64,000 nucleotides of DNA from Saccostrea echinata (Eukaryota): positions 4,774,001 through 4,838,000 of the forward strand of contig NW_026889767.1 in assembly GCF_033153115.1 (NCBI RefSeq), in the 5' to 3' direction. Positions within the stretch are counted from its first letter, which is position 1, and each line of letters begins with the position of its first letter. The position numbers were made by a program, and so were the translations under genes. Shown here one piece after another: positions 47,519-61,000 of this stretch. The notes under the pieces are model-generated. The model was given only the letters and a program-made list of their open reading frames with translations. It was not told the origin of the DNA and made no database searches.

Positions 47519-50500
47519 ATGATGGCGTATTCAAAATATATTTCGACAAAGGAGACAGCAAACTCTGCACGTGTGTCCCGAGTAATACAGGGTCCCTGTA
47601 CTGATCTCTTTAGAGACGTTCTCAAAATCCATATTTCAGAAATCCAGTTTCCTTTCATTCTCCAGAAGAACAAAACAAATATAAGTCCTGTTCTGTCTAA
47701 AGAACAAAGAGAGCTTCTTTATCCAAAATCAGGACACTTCAGTGGTACTTATGATGAATTTGATCTAACGTTATTATATAGTCTAATAAGAAACTTGTCT
47801 GGAATACCACCTCACAAGAAAGGATGGGGAAAACAACCAGACTTATCAGACCGATCTCTATCTGCACATATTGACAGAATCAGAAAGATCAGAAATACTT
47901 ATTTAGGACACAGGCCAAAAGTCTCACTATGTGAGACAGAATTCCAAAGTCTTTGGCAAGACTTGACAAATATAATCGGTGAAATTGAAAAATGTCTTCC
48001 TGGGGGATGTTCAATGTACACAGATGCTACAGAAGGTATAAAAACGGACGTGATGGACCCTGAACTCGAAGAAAAATATCTTACCTTTATTGATGACCAA
48101 GAAGACCTATTAAGTATTACATTTTTTTTCTGATCAACAACCTAGGATCCCCTTTAAACATATCATGACTTTGCTCTCCCTCTCTTTCTGACTAATATGC
48201 CTTTTTATAAGTTTCCCTGTTTGTATTTTTAAAGTATAATTCTCTTAAACATTCTTCTTTTGTATAATTATAGATACAGCTTTGAAAGAAATTTCTGAAG
48301 GATCAGAACAGCTTCCAAACTCCGAGGAAAAGAATATTCTTGGTATGTCAATTTTTAGAAAATATTTTAACGAGGCCGAGTCTAATTCGAGTGCGCATGA
48401 CTTTATGCAGTTATATGTTTGACATTACACCTTTCCCATATATTGTGATTTTACTACAAAATTAATACTGTCTGTATCGCTGTGGGTCTGAAATTGTGCT
48501 TTTACGACAATAATTAGGAAAAAATCGCTGAAATGGCTCTAACGACGTTTCTGTTTTCCGATTTTGTAAGCAATGCATGACACAGAAGAATGACACATGA
48601 CGCGCTTGTATGTTCAAGACGTCCATAGATAATATACCCGGTACTAAAAAATGTTGACAGAACAGCAAAAGAAACATACTAGCAATCTAAACATTGCTAT
48701 TTTTTTTTTACCAAAATAATTCATCTGCGCTGATAATTCACCTGCGCCGATAATTCACCTGCACCGATAATTCATCTGCAACGACATATATTTAAACCGC
48801 AAGACGAAAATTTTAGAGGTATTGGGTATTGAAAAAAAAAAACAACTTTGTAATAGTTCCTAGATCAACCTAGATGGTCAACTTTTTTGAAATTAGAGAT
48901 TGGTGACTTTTTACAATAACTTTCATGTACTTGGCTGAAAAAGAAATCTTTAGGGCAGAAATACAAAAATTATGGAAAAAATATGATTATTTGGCGCTTT
49001 TCCAAAAAATTCCCATAGGGTCTGATAAAATTTGAAAACTTTTGAGATGGCCCTCTAGGAAATCGGAACGGTAAACATTCAATTTTTTAATCTTAAAACA
49101 ATAAATATAATAGTAAAAATTAAGTCAAGAAAAGAACTGGGTACATGTACGTTACGTATAACAGAGCGGCCCTGTCTCCAGATTTGATTTCAGTTTTTTA
49201 CAAACATGCCTACGACGTGTCCTTTCAAAATTATTTAATTCTTTAAAATTATCTCAAACCGTTACTTTAATCTGCCTTATGTTCCAGAAAACAATTTTGA
49301 ACTTTTTTCAATTCATCTAATGTATCTTTGATAGCTGAAAGGATATAATAATTTAAAGGAAAATATAATTTTATTACAAACGATTTCATTAGACAAGTAA
49401 TGAAGCTTGATTCATTCATGCAGACGAGACAAGGTAGTATTTCTTTAAAATTGTGCTCGTATCAGATTTATCTTTTTTTATGTTAAAATTTCCTTATGAT
49501 TTCTTCAACCATTTTCCGCATTGTCTATGAAGTTACATTAAAAATTTTAAAGAAACATGAATGAATTAAAAAGAAAATTTGAACGTTCCATATAAGGTTT
49601 AAAACTGAATTTTTGGCAATGAAAAGACCATCAACAACACTCCTCCCCTTCTCCATTCAAACAAATGGCAATGCTATTAATTTCGTATTTTCTATTTTTC
49701 TCTCTTTTTTTCGATAACGTTAACGTATAAAGTTCTCACTATTACGGGGTTACGAGGTGTCTTAAACTGCGTTAAAATTTTTTTCTTTGATTTTAGGATT
49801 TCTTTTATAGAACGTTATTTATTTATTCCAGTGGATCCGCTTTACTGCTTGGTTCATGTAAAATTCACTAACCAGGAATAATCCTCAATATACTTACGGA
49901 ATCACTGTCTAGTTAGTAGAGTATGCCAAGGCATCAACAATAGTTAGAAACGTGGGGTAATTTGCATAACGGGAGAAGCCCGTTATTCATAAATTATTCC
50001 ACGTTTCCAACTATCGTTGATGTCCCTAGCATACTCTACTAACTAGACAGTGATTCCTTATATTTCCATTTCATTGTGAAATAAAATTGTAAATTTAGAT
50101 TTTAAAAATGTAGACTAATTGTGGAGAGAAAGTGAAGTTTATCCAAAAATGCAGCATTTTTAACTTCAATTTTTTTTGTAAAAACGGATGTGGCCGCACT
50201 TTTGTAATATTATTTTTTTTCTTTAATATTAGAATTCGTAGTATATTTGTTCTTTCTGCAAAGTTTCGCATACATACTCGGATGCGGCCATATCGAAATA
50301 TAGACTTGAAGAGGAGGAAAACGTCCAAAATAGAGGAATTCCGGAATTTTAGACCGGTTTTGAACGTTATGTAAATGAAAGGGCACGTGATTTGAGAAAA
50401 ATTGATTCCTATTTCACACACAGGGAAACCTAAACAGTTAATTGATACAATTGATAAAATGTAATCGTCCGTTTTAATTTTGCCGATTTTACAGAGCTGT

Positions 50501-53500
50501 AAATCGGTCTTAACGTACCAAGTTCTTTATCAAAATCTCTAGGGTAGAAATAATTAGACTCGGTCTCGTTAAAGTAATAATGATGAATTTTACTAGGCAC
50601 ATGTACCTGGTCTGATGTTTTACATGTCATTAGGTCCCTGATGTCAGGTACTGTAGATGCAAAGTTTCTTTTTCAATAAATAGCACGCAAATTCAATTTA
50701 TAACTATGCGTTCTTCGTGTTACTGTGCGTAAAATTTGCTTCACGCAGATTAAAATGAAGAACGAAAATAATAGCTTACTGAAATGAGTACATTGAACCC
50801 ATCCCATACACAGTTTTACAGAAAGAGAGAAAAAAATATGGCACAACCGGGATTGATGCCTAATTGAATTTTTAGGAGGGTAGAAGGTTGATATATAGTA
50901 ACCACCCAGTCAGCATCAATATGTTGACCCATCGTTGGGCCAACAAAGCTGATTTTGTAGACCCAACGATGAATGCGAATGTTGACCCAATATGCAAAAT
51001 GCAAAGGGGGCCTATTTTCAAAGTATACTTTGTACGTAATATATGTATTCAATGAAGGAAGTAATATCTAAAAGAAAATCGCCTCTTTTTTTAAAGAAAA
51101 TACAGAAGCAGTTCTTCAAGATCAACAATCGTTGAAAGTTTGCACAATGACATCAGCTGTACAGATTACAATAAATAAACTCAAAAAAGACCACGTCGCT
51201 ATTCTGGTGGGGAAAAAAGGAGCTGGAAAAACCACCACAGCCTATCAAGTCATGTGCAAAATGTCTGACGAATCCTCCGAACCCTACTATACACCTGTTT
51301 TATTGAAATCTCCAGATCAATGGGATAAGGTTATCAACCCGAATAAACGGTTTATTGTCTTTTTGGATGATTTTATAGGTTCAACAAATTTAGATGTAGG
51401 AGCTGCTGAGAAATGGAAAAATCATCTTGATCACATCATATTTTCTTGCTCTAAAACTGGGAATATTAAGGTATTAATGGGAATCGGGAAGAACGTTCTA
51501 GATGAAGCAAGAATGTACCATATGTTTGAAATTCTTAACGAAGAGTATGTAATTGACATATTGTCGGAAAACATATTTACGCTGTATGATAGATATCAAA
51601 TGCTTAAAGACCACGAGGATTATTATTCTTATAAAGCATCTGAACTAGATGGTGAACGTTTTTCCGCTTTTGCAGACAAAAATGGCTCTGATGCCGATTA
51701 CACATTATCAGAGAGTGAGAAAATGCAGATAATAAATGCCGATCCTTACTATGGATTTCCATTGACATGTTTCCAGTTCTTCTCTAAGCGCGAATGTTTT
51801 CAGCTTGGTCCCTCTTACTTTGCAGGTCCTAATAAAATGTTATACGATATAATAAAAAACATGAGAATCTCAAAAGATGAGTGCAATGGAAAATTGAAAT
51901 ACTGTGTTTTGTGATACGTACTAATACATGGGAACATTAATTTACAGAACACATTCATGCATTTGCTGAAAGAAATTTGTAAAATAATAGGCTTTGAGAC
52001 AGCAAGTATATCAGACATAGACGTACATATAAAAGACGCTGTTAAAGAATTAACTGGTTTATATTTGTCGGGTACTCAAAACGAAGAAGATTTTAGATTT
52101 TCACATGAAAGTATTCTAGACACTGTGTTAGTCTCATTTGGGCGTCTTGCACCAGATATTGTATTAAAGCATTGCAGTAAGCGAAAAATGTTTGCTTTTA
52201 TTCGTACCCAAAACTACTCAATCAAAGCGAGTGAAATTATTCTGAAAATACCAATTCAGCATTATAAATGCCTCGCACAGAGAATGCTGGATGGTGATAA
52301 TGGGAATGGTATACAAACAAGTGATGATCCATACTTTGTGGCATATTACATTGTGTGTCATCCTGCTTCTAACGATCCTGACTTTGTAGCTGTTCTGCTA
52401 GCTATGCAAAAGTATCCTAGAGTTTTAACAACTTTTTCTGAAATCTGGAAAAATGTTTTACCGTTCTCACAGATAAAACCATGTGTCCTTATTTCGGCAT
52501 TTCTGAAGGAGTATTACATTTCTCCTTCAGCTGATGACAGAAATGATACTAGGAGACCAAATCTATTCTTAAAAAATATCACTGAAATACTGTCAAGAAT
52601 AAAATCAAACTGCACATGCTGCTTCCTCTCACCATCTGAACAACAAACAAACGAAGAAATGTTTGAAATCAAACGGGAAGAACTTAACATTTTTTTGTTC
52701 CATTGTGTGAATACATACGAAAATAGAAAAACATCGAGTTTTATCATTCGATATATTTGTGAACATAAAGAATTATACGATCTTCTTAGTTCTAGATCTG
52801 TATGTTCTGGCAAGACACAACTTCACTATTGTGTTCTCCACGGATGGGAAGAACTGGTGGACTTAATACTAGAGATTCATGAGCCTACAAATACAGACAA
52901 TGGCTGGTCCTGTGCTCATCTCGCTGCGTTTGCTGGAAGAGCATCACTATTACAGAAGTTTATAGATTCAGGTCATAATGTTTTAGACAGAACAAGGCAA
53001 GGCTTTTCGGTATTACAGACGACACTGCTAGGACTCCGATTTGGATCTGTTGAAGTTAGTTTACCGTCAGCGCAGCATGTAGTATCCATCCTACAAGATT
53101 TTAACACGTCAGATTTTGTTTTATTACCGGGAAATGAAGATTATACAAAAGTTATTCGCTTATTACTGAGGGCACATAATCGAAACATCAATGCGAGTGA
53201 ACTAGATATGGAACTCGATCAACACAGTAATAATGTTGTGCACTATCTTGCGATTCATAAATATGATAAAATTTTAGAGCGCCTCATCATTCACAACAAG
53301 AGTTTCATTCACCACTGCAATAAAAGTGAGCTACCTACCACTTTACACACTGCCGTATACCTGGGTAGACCAAAGCTTGTGAAGACATTGGTGGAAAGAG
53401 GAGTACGTCCGCGTGAATCAGATATGTCTATTTTAAAGACGCTCTGGAGAGGAAAAAGACTTCAGACAAAAATCCTGAAATGCAGATTTTACATCAGTGA

Positions 53501-53723
53501 TGAGAAAGATGATGATTATTACTTTACTCTGAGAGAATTGTGTTCTGATTTAAAAGCAATTGAACATAGTGATCCCAAAATATGCTGGATAGACAAATGC
53601 AGTGGCCTTAAAAGAGAATGCATGAAACTTAAAGCAATAGTGCAAACGAAAGTTAAGTTTGGAAATTCTGCAGACTTTGAAAATACTGGTGAAATCCTCA
53701 GTAATAATAACTTAATAGACTAA
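47519..53723 (+). CDS. NLR-like protein: DZIP3-like HEPN + nSTAND3-type P-loop NTPase + ankyrin repeats; ~1096 codons with one in-frame TGA (possible pseudogene or nonsense allele)
   Basis: Exons 47519-48113, 48274-48342 and 51097-53723 joined by GT-AG phase-1 introns. HEPN-like FDLTLLYSLIRN..GIPP..GWG..P...DRIRKIRNTYLGH; Walker A GKKGAGKT; Walker B FIVFLDDFIG; YGFPLTC; ankyrin-like GKTQLHYCV, GWSCAHLAA, NNVVHYLA, PTTLHTAV. Track ORFs 51132-51914 and 51957-53723 are in the same frame, separated only by TGA at 51912-51914. Confidence 0.88.
48716..48783. repeat. 17-bp tandem repeat, 4 copies
   Basis: Unit ataattcacctgcgccg. Confidence 0.85.
49898..50059. repeat. ~160-bp imperfect palindrome (hairpin of a non-autonomous element)
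   Basis: ggaatcactgtctagttagtagagtatgc...aacggg agaag cccgtt...gcatactctactaactagacagtgattcc. Confidence 0.85.
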
Positions 53724-54512
53724 GGTGTACTTGTGTGATTGTACAGAAACACGTAACACTATTTTTTAGTAGATATTATATACAATAATATTTTTTTTTC
53801 ATTCTCTGTTTATGATTTTTTAATTTAAAATAATCGTCCCATGTGTAGTACAGTATTTATAGAAAATATCGTTACAAAATGTCTATACAATGTAATTATG
53901 CATGCGTACAAAATATCTAGTGTATATTGTGTGCATATTAACGAGACCCAAACTAGTTGATTCACATTTCACGCATCTACGATCTGCGAATCAATTTCAA
54001 CGTAAGTTACCTGGTTGCAGACTCCAACAATCTAACGTAAACAACATAAATGCTCTTCACAGGTTATCGGTTGGAATTACTTTTCAATTGCTGTGTTAAC
54101 GTACGAAGATTGAAAAAAATATTTGTCAAAGGACTGATAAATTTTAGAGAGGTTTAAAACACATAAATTGAGATAGTGAAAACCAGGAAGGAACAATAAT
54201 TATAACTGCAACCGCCTTAAGGTGTTGTTAATGCCACCAATGTTAACTGACTGTTCTGGTAATGCAGGATAGATTAGGGCACGTTATTTAGTTTTCATTG
54301 TTAACAATTAAAATTCACAATACTCTACACTGCTGATGAATAAGGAAAATGAGATGCAATTATTAGCTTTCTTTACATCACATAGTGTGGAGTTCAAATG
54401 TCATGAACTTGAAAACTCAGCCTTGCCGTACAAGACTGCGATTTCAATTTTTCGATCTGTGTAAATTCATTATTTCTGACTCAAGCAAAGAATTGTAGCG
54501 ATATTTTACGTA

Positions 54513-56501
54513 CAGTACCAACCAGACCCAACCTGACACAAAGCAGTCCCACAGCGGTCCCAGAGCAGTCCCACAGCGGTCCCAGAGCAGTCCCAGCAGT
54601 CCCAGCGGTCCCAGAAAGCAGTCCCAGCAGTCCCAGTGGGCGGGGTTAATTAATTTAATGGACGGAGCTTACTCGGAAATGAGATTACCAATAAACAATG
54701 TAACTATAAAAGGCAGTTGAAATTGATGATCCATTTCTTTCTGAGCAGTATCAATTCTCATGCGACGGTCATTTTTTAACTATTAAGAAAATCACACTAA
54801 GCGTATAGAAACAAATAATAGATATTGAACAAAGAAGACGTTCACACCTATAAATAACATGAATATTTAAACACAGTTTTGTGGCATATTAATTTTTCAC
54901 CAAAATAAATCAATTTCTAAATTACTGTGATTGATATTGGTTTCCATATTTATTTTTATATATATATATATATATTTTGTACATAATTAAGCTTGAGTTA
55001 TTTATTTTCTATCAAAACTAGCTTTAAATATGCCTTATAATTATAGAGCAAGGCCGATTTCCATACCATACTCTGAATGCAGTTTTCTTAAGTACTGGAG
55101 CTTTTGAAAAATTCTTTGTGTATTATATTTCAGTCATGATTATTTTCACTGACTTGCCAATTTAATTATCATTGAATTATCTATGTAACAGAAAACAATA
55201 ATACTTTTATTATATAAACGATTGAGTGTATATCTGTAAATCACGCGAATGGAACCCTCAGATTATGTTCAAAATTAATTAATCCCGAAATAAATTTATA
55301 CACATTTATCGAAACGAAGATTTTTTGCAGTACATAGATTGAAATTAGTGTCATTGTTGACCAGCATGTTCAGTGATGTGTAACACTGATACCCAAATAA
55401 CATGCATTGACTTGAAACTTCAGGTGTTGACACCATTTTATACATTTGTATTGCTTTTTATTAATTGGCCAGGAAAACACAAACAAAACAAATAAGAAAT
55501 AAGTCACAATTCCCAATATTTTAAAATGTTTATAAATTTACTCTTTTAATTACTTGTTTATAAATCAAAAACAAATTCATAAATAAATCCCCAATAATTG
55601 TTCACACATATAATGTTTTAAATGACTGAAGAATGGTAGAATAATTGTATTTCATAGTCATTTAATAAATTATTAGGTTTTATTTGAGGGCGGTAAAAAA
55701 TAGCATGGAATGCTCTTTTTTAGCATGCATATGGTTTCAGCTTTTTCAATTTAAAAAAAAATCCAGTACAGTCCCAGTCCAGTCCCTCTGAATGTCTTAT
55801 TGTAATGACAAGTTTGTTTGTTTGTTTGTTTTGTTTGTTTGTTTTTAAATAGTGCTAATGCAAACTTTGAGTACATTCCGTAACTTGACAGCATTAATTA
55901 ATTAAATAGGCCTCGATATTTTTTTTTCAAACGCCTGTATTAAAGTTTTAATTAGCATTGATTAATTAAATAGGCCTAGATATATTTTTTTTTCAAATAC
56001 CTGTATTAAAGTTTAATTTAAAGGATAACAGTCATCTCCTGACTTCCCTTTTAACTACTTTCAATTTTTGAAATTAATTCTAGACTACAATTGTGTAAAT
56101 TTACAGCCCCTGAAGACATTTAGTAATTACATGTATATCTATCTCTACTTATTAAAATGTTGTAAAAAAATCCTTGGTTTTTTTTTTAATTCTTTATCTT
56201 AAACACCTCTCTGCTGAAAGTAAACAAAACAACAACAGGGAGCCTGCAAATTCAGAATACACAAGGGGCGGAGCTATCATGTCACTCAGAACCTTTTTCA
56301 TGCATGAGTGAACAAAGCAGTCCCAGAAAGCAGTCTCAGGGACTGCTGGGTCTGCTTTCTAGAGCAGTCCCAGAGCAGTCCCAGAGCGGTCCCAGAGCAG
56401 TCCCAGAGCAGTCCCACAGCAGTCCCAGAGCGGTCCCAAAGCAGTCCCGGGGACTGCTTTCTGGGACTGCTTAGGTGTCAGGTTGGGTTTGGTTGGTTCT
56501 G
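54513..56501. mobile_element. ~2-kb non-autonomous TIR transposon with subterminal 11-mer arrays
   Basis: ta-cagtaccaaccagacccaacctgacac ... gtgtcaggttgggtttggttggttctg-ta; (gcagtcccaga)n near both ends. Confidence 0.8.
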
Positions 56502-57882
56502 TAACTACTGATTGTTTATATAACATTGCTCCAAATGAGCAATGGGTTTTTGTTTACATTGCATTGCTCCGCGCGAGCAATGGGTTTTATGTATAAATAT
56601 AGGAGCGATTTTAGACAGAGAGTCAGTCAGTTTTCATGTGTCATTACGATCACTTCGGACAAATTTTTATACTTACTGTGTTTGTGCCAATGTGGATTTT
56701 AAAATGTGAATAAACCATAAACTTTATTACTTGTGTATCATTTCAAGACAATTCATTGGGAGAATTGGAAAACACTGAGAGTTATTCCCCTTAGACCGTA
56801 TCGGAAAAACGTTACAGAATGTTAAAGAAGGCTGAAAATTTAGCATCCACATCGTATAACCTGATCAGCCTAAACATTATATCTATTTATGAGTGCAAAA
56901 TTTTAGATTTTCTCGGCATAATCATAGACAGCCTAACAAAACCTTGAAAAATCATTTGGGCAGGATAAATGTCCGAACTTGCAGACGGACAGGCATATAA
57001 ATTCAACACATATATATCATGTAGTTCCAACTTCAAATTGCTTATTGCATTGCGATCATACATTTCAAATTTTAGTAAATTAATTCCCTGTCTTATAAAA
57101 ATCATAATGTCTACGTGAAAATACTATGCATAGAATTAGCGAGAGTCTGTGTAGGAGGCTAGGCCTAACCAAAGCAGAAATACTACAGTGACCTATAGTT
57201 TTCTATAATGAACTATAGTTTACTATAATTAATTATGGTTAACAATAGAATCAAAGTCCTTGTTCACCTTGATTTACTGAAGTGAAAACTTGGGTACTTT
57301 GATTCACCATAGTAAAAACGTAGAAATTTTGGTTTTCTATACTAAAAACGGTGAGACTTTGAATTGCTCTAATGAAAATTTTGATAGTTTGATAAACTAT
57401 AGTTAAAACGTAAGGTTTCTATAGTGAACACTTTGAAATTTTGATTGATTATTGTAAAAACGTTGAAACTTTTATTAAGCATTGTGAAAACTTTAAATAA
57501 CTATAGAATTCTGATTTGGATAACCATTCTGGACACTATGTGATAATTCATGGTCAAAATTCAGAAAAGCTTAAAGGAACTGTTTATAAATCCCCCATCT
57601 CCCCTAGAAATAGAGAAAAGAAAAGAAATTAAACAAATGAATTTTGATATGAGCTTGTCTTGCTCAACATTAGACCTACAGATAAGAACATTCATTTAAT
57701 GTGTTTTAGAATAATGCTAATGTAGAGTGTTTTATAAGAGGAAGGAAAATATATCATAAAATGTTATTTGTGTCATTTAGAACCAGAATTCCTGTTCTTC
57801 CATCAACTTCACTAAACATGTATATGCATTTTCTTAAATTTAAAAAATAATTGGAAATATTGCAATTGCAACAGCTTATTTG

Positions 57883-58061
57883 NNNNNNNNNNNNNNNNNN
57901 NNNNNNNNNNNNNNNNNNNNNNNNNNNNNNNNNNNNNNNNNNNNNNNNNNNNNNNNNNNNNNNNNNNNNNNNNNNNNNNNNNNNNNNNNNNNNNNNNNNN
58001 NNNNNNNNNNNNNNNNNNNNNNNNNNNNNNNNNNNNNNNNNNNNNNNNNNNNNNNNNNNNN
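57883..58061. other. Assembly gap (179 N)
   Basis: Run of n. Confidence 1.
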
Positions 58062-61000
58062 CCGCATTCTATGAAACTTTATTTACCTACTGTTAAAATT
58101 TAATACTTTTATTAAATCAAGAGAAAACTTGCCTATAGTGAAAACTTTTGATTAACTATAGTGAAAACTTTGAAACTTGAATTACTAATAACTCTACTGA
58201 AAACTGTGATACTTTGATTTACTATCGTGAAATTTTGATACTTTGTATAACTATAGAGAAAACTTACATTTACCATAGTTATCTTTTGTAAACTAAAGTT
58301 TACAACAGTTTGCTATAGCATTATTTTGATAGGAAGTTAAGAACAACTTCTGGTGATAAGAGGAAGCTAGCTTTCTCATACAAAGTAATCAATCATATAA
58401 AGGCTTGATGGAATTAAAATAGAAATGTAAACGGTTGCACTTGTGTATGATTTTATTACTTTATTTTTAATTAGAATAAAACAAAACATAAATTCTGGCA
58501 TTTATTTCATTTATTGATAATGGGTATTTTCTTATTTGAGGAAACATCAGATAAAATGAGGTGAATTAGCACTGTGTTTATATAATGCAGCAGTAGCAAA
58601 GGAATTTTGAAAACATGTTTTTGAGAAAGATAGATGCAAAGAAAACATGCAAGAAAAACACATTCCAAATACTTGTCAGGATCAGCCAAAGAAGGGGTAA
58701 ATAAAAAAAAAGCCTGGATGAAGAAAAATTAAAAAAAAATATATGTTCTGAAAAAAGTTGCAGCAATCATTGGGAAAGAAAATATCAAAATGCATTATTT
58801 TTTTCAGTAAAACAAAAGGGCAAGTGAGTTAAGAAAAAATGATACCTATTTCACACACAGGGAAACCTTAACAATTAATAGATACTGTTGATTAAATGTA
58901 ACTGTATGTTTAATTTTTGCCGAATTTACAGGGCTGATAATCGGTCTTAACGTACCCAGTTTTTTTCGAAGTAAAAAATACTGACAACGAAATAAATCCC
59001 CACCCCACTCTACTTTTCATAAAAGTTAACTAATATTATTATGGTGTTCTTATATTTTTTTTATATCTTGAATTGCCTGCATTTCTTGAGAGACTTCTTG
59101 AAATTTGGGGTAAAAATGGTCATTTCCAGAATGTAAGAATTTGGTCATCTTTGAGTCATCAATTGAAGAATTTGCATTGACTTGTAGAATATTTTTTAAT
59201 GGTGTTATAAATTCTCCATTTGTTCTATTCATATAATGTATGAATTATCTCAAAATAATAAAGATGATTAAACAACATGAAATCAAGTATATAGTATTTT
59301 TATGCTTGAATTGAGAATAAATGGGGCAAAAATCTATGTTAGCCTGTTACCATGGCAACAGGTAGTAACATTAATGTTGAATGTTGATTATGACATACTG
59401 TATGGACATTAATCACCTGAAAAAGTTTCATGAAAATCTCTCATGATTGTGTCACAGCCCTACAATAATATTTTGGTCCTTACTGAGAAATGATGTTAAA
59501 GTTTCTGTACTACATACATGTATTATATAACGTACTACATATTATATAAAGAGGACTTAATGAAATAATGGATAGACTTAGTGTTATATATGTAAAAGTG
59601 ACACTATGATGCATAATGTGTACCCTTAATACAGCAGTGGCTGTAAAGTCAATATTGTCTTTATGAGACAGAGAAATATTTTTAAAAACGGCGCCAAAAT
59701 GCGCGATCTTCTATGCTTAGTTATTTAATCGAAAACTACCACTTCTGACACCAATATTGTGTTAGTATCACTATACACACATATACAATATAAAAGCAAT
59801 AGCTCATCCAAGGCAGGTGAATCACTGAGCTGCAAAACCTCCCTGGATATGATCAGGTCTGTTACACTGTCAGATCTAAAAAGCAACTGAACATAATTGT
59901 TTGCAGTTAACAACTCAAGTATCAATTTCGGGATCTCGAACCCGATCAATATTTACTACACATATTTTGTACCCTTAAGACAGCTGTCGCGTTCTATGGT
60001 TTAAGGTTTAGAAGGGTTTATTTTAGGCTGGAGTCCAGAATGAATTTGACCCGATTATGATACAATCACAAATGAAAACTTAGTAAACAGATACCCAGAT
60101 AGCACAACAACGTTGGTTTTTTGGTTGGATTGTTGGTAGAGTGTTGGCGGTGGGGAACAAATGTAGGCCCGACGTTGGTCTACGTTGGCATGATAGCTAA
60201 ACCAACGGTGTTGGGTATGCGATGTTGGTCCTGTGACCGTGTTACATAGATGAACAACACAGTAGGTACAAGGGTTCGACTATTTATTTACGTGAAGCTA
60301 GAAAGATAAAAGTAGAAAAGAGATAAAACTTACTGAATGTGGTCTGTATAATGATCAAGAAAATTCTCCTTGTAAAACAAATATATGTATGTACTATAAT
60401 AACCAATCGAGACAAATATCTACGAGCCGCCAGGTTGTCTATCCGTGCGGGAAGTGAGTACTCCTGCGTACTCTACCGAACAATAGAAAACTTACCGCCA
60501 AAACCCTTGACCAATAAAACTACTTACACCGTAATATCAAAGGTCTCCAAGGTCAGCCTGCCAGAATTACTAACAACATGCGAAGTGAAATAGGTAAAAA
60601 TGCAATGATGATAATATTCCTACTATGAAATGTTGGCCTAACATAGGTCTAACCGAGTACATGTTGACTCGAAACGTGCCCACTTAGTGTTGGACATTCA
60701 ATATCTGGTCCAGCTTAGTAAATGTTGACTTATGAGACATCGGTCTGTGTTGGGCTTGTAACATTGGGCTGGAGTTTGTCCAATAAAGGGAATACCGGGA
60801 TTACATGTAGCCTGCAATGTTGGAGATGAATCAGATGAAATGCTTGACCAACGTTGGCCCAATATTGTGAAAAGTGCCATTCATCAATCCAAGTTTATTT
60901 ATTGTAAATCGATGGTAATGTAATAAGCACCTCATTATAAACATTGATCTATTATATTAAATGGAAAATCATGAAACAATGTTTATAAGTCTTTGATGCA

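Noticed and set aside
54540-56460. gcagtcccaga arrays, and the 17-bp repeat at 48716, as CRISPR-like arrays
   Set aside because: Head-to-tail repeats without unique spacers, in eukaryotic DNA with no cas genes; the 11-mers are transposon subterminal repeats.
57851-58096. ORFs spanning the N-run
   Set aside because: Artefacts of the assembly gap.
50407-58960. Repeated cctatttcacacacagggaaacct block at ~50408 and ~58845
   Set aside because: Looks like the terminus of a dispersed repeat; I could not find partner ends to define an element.
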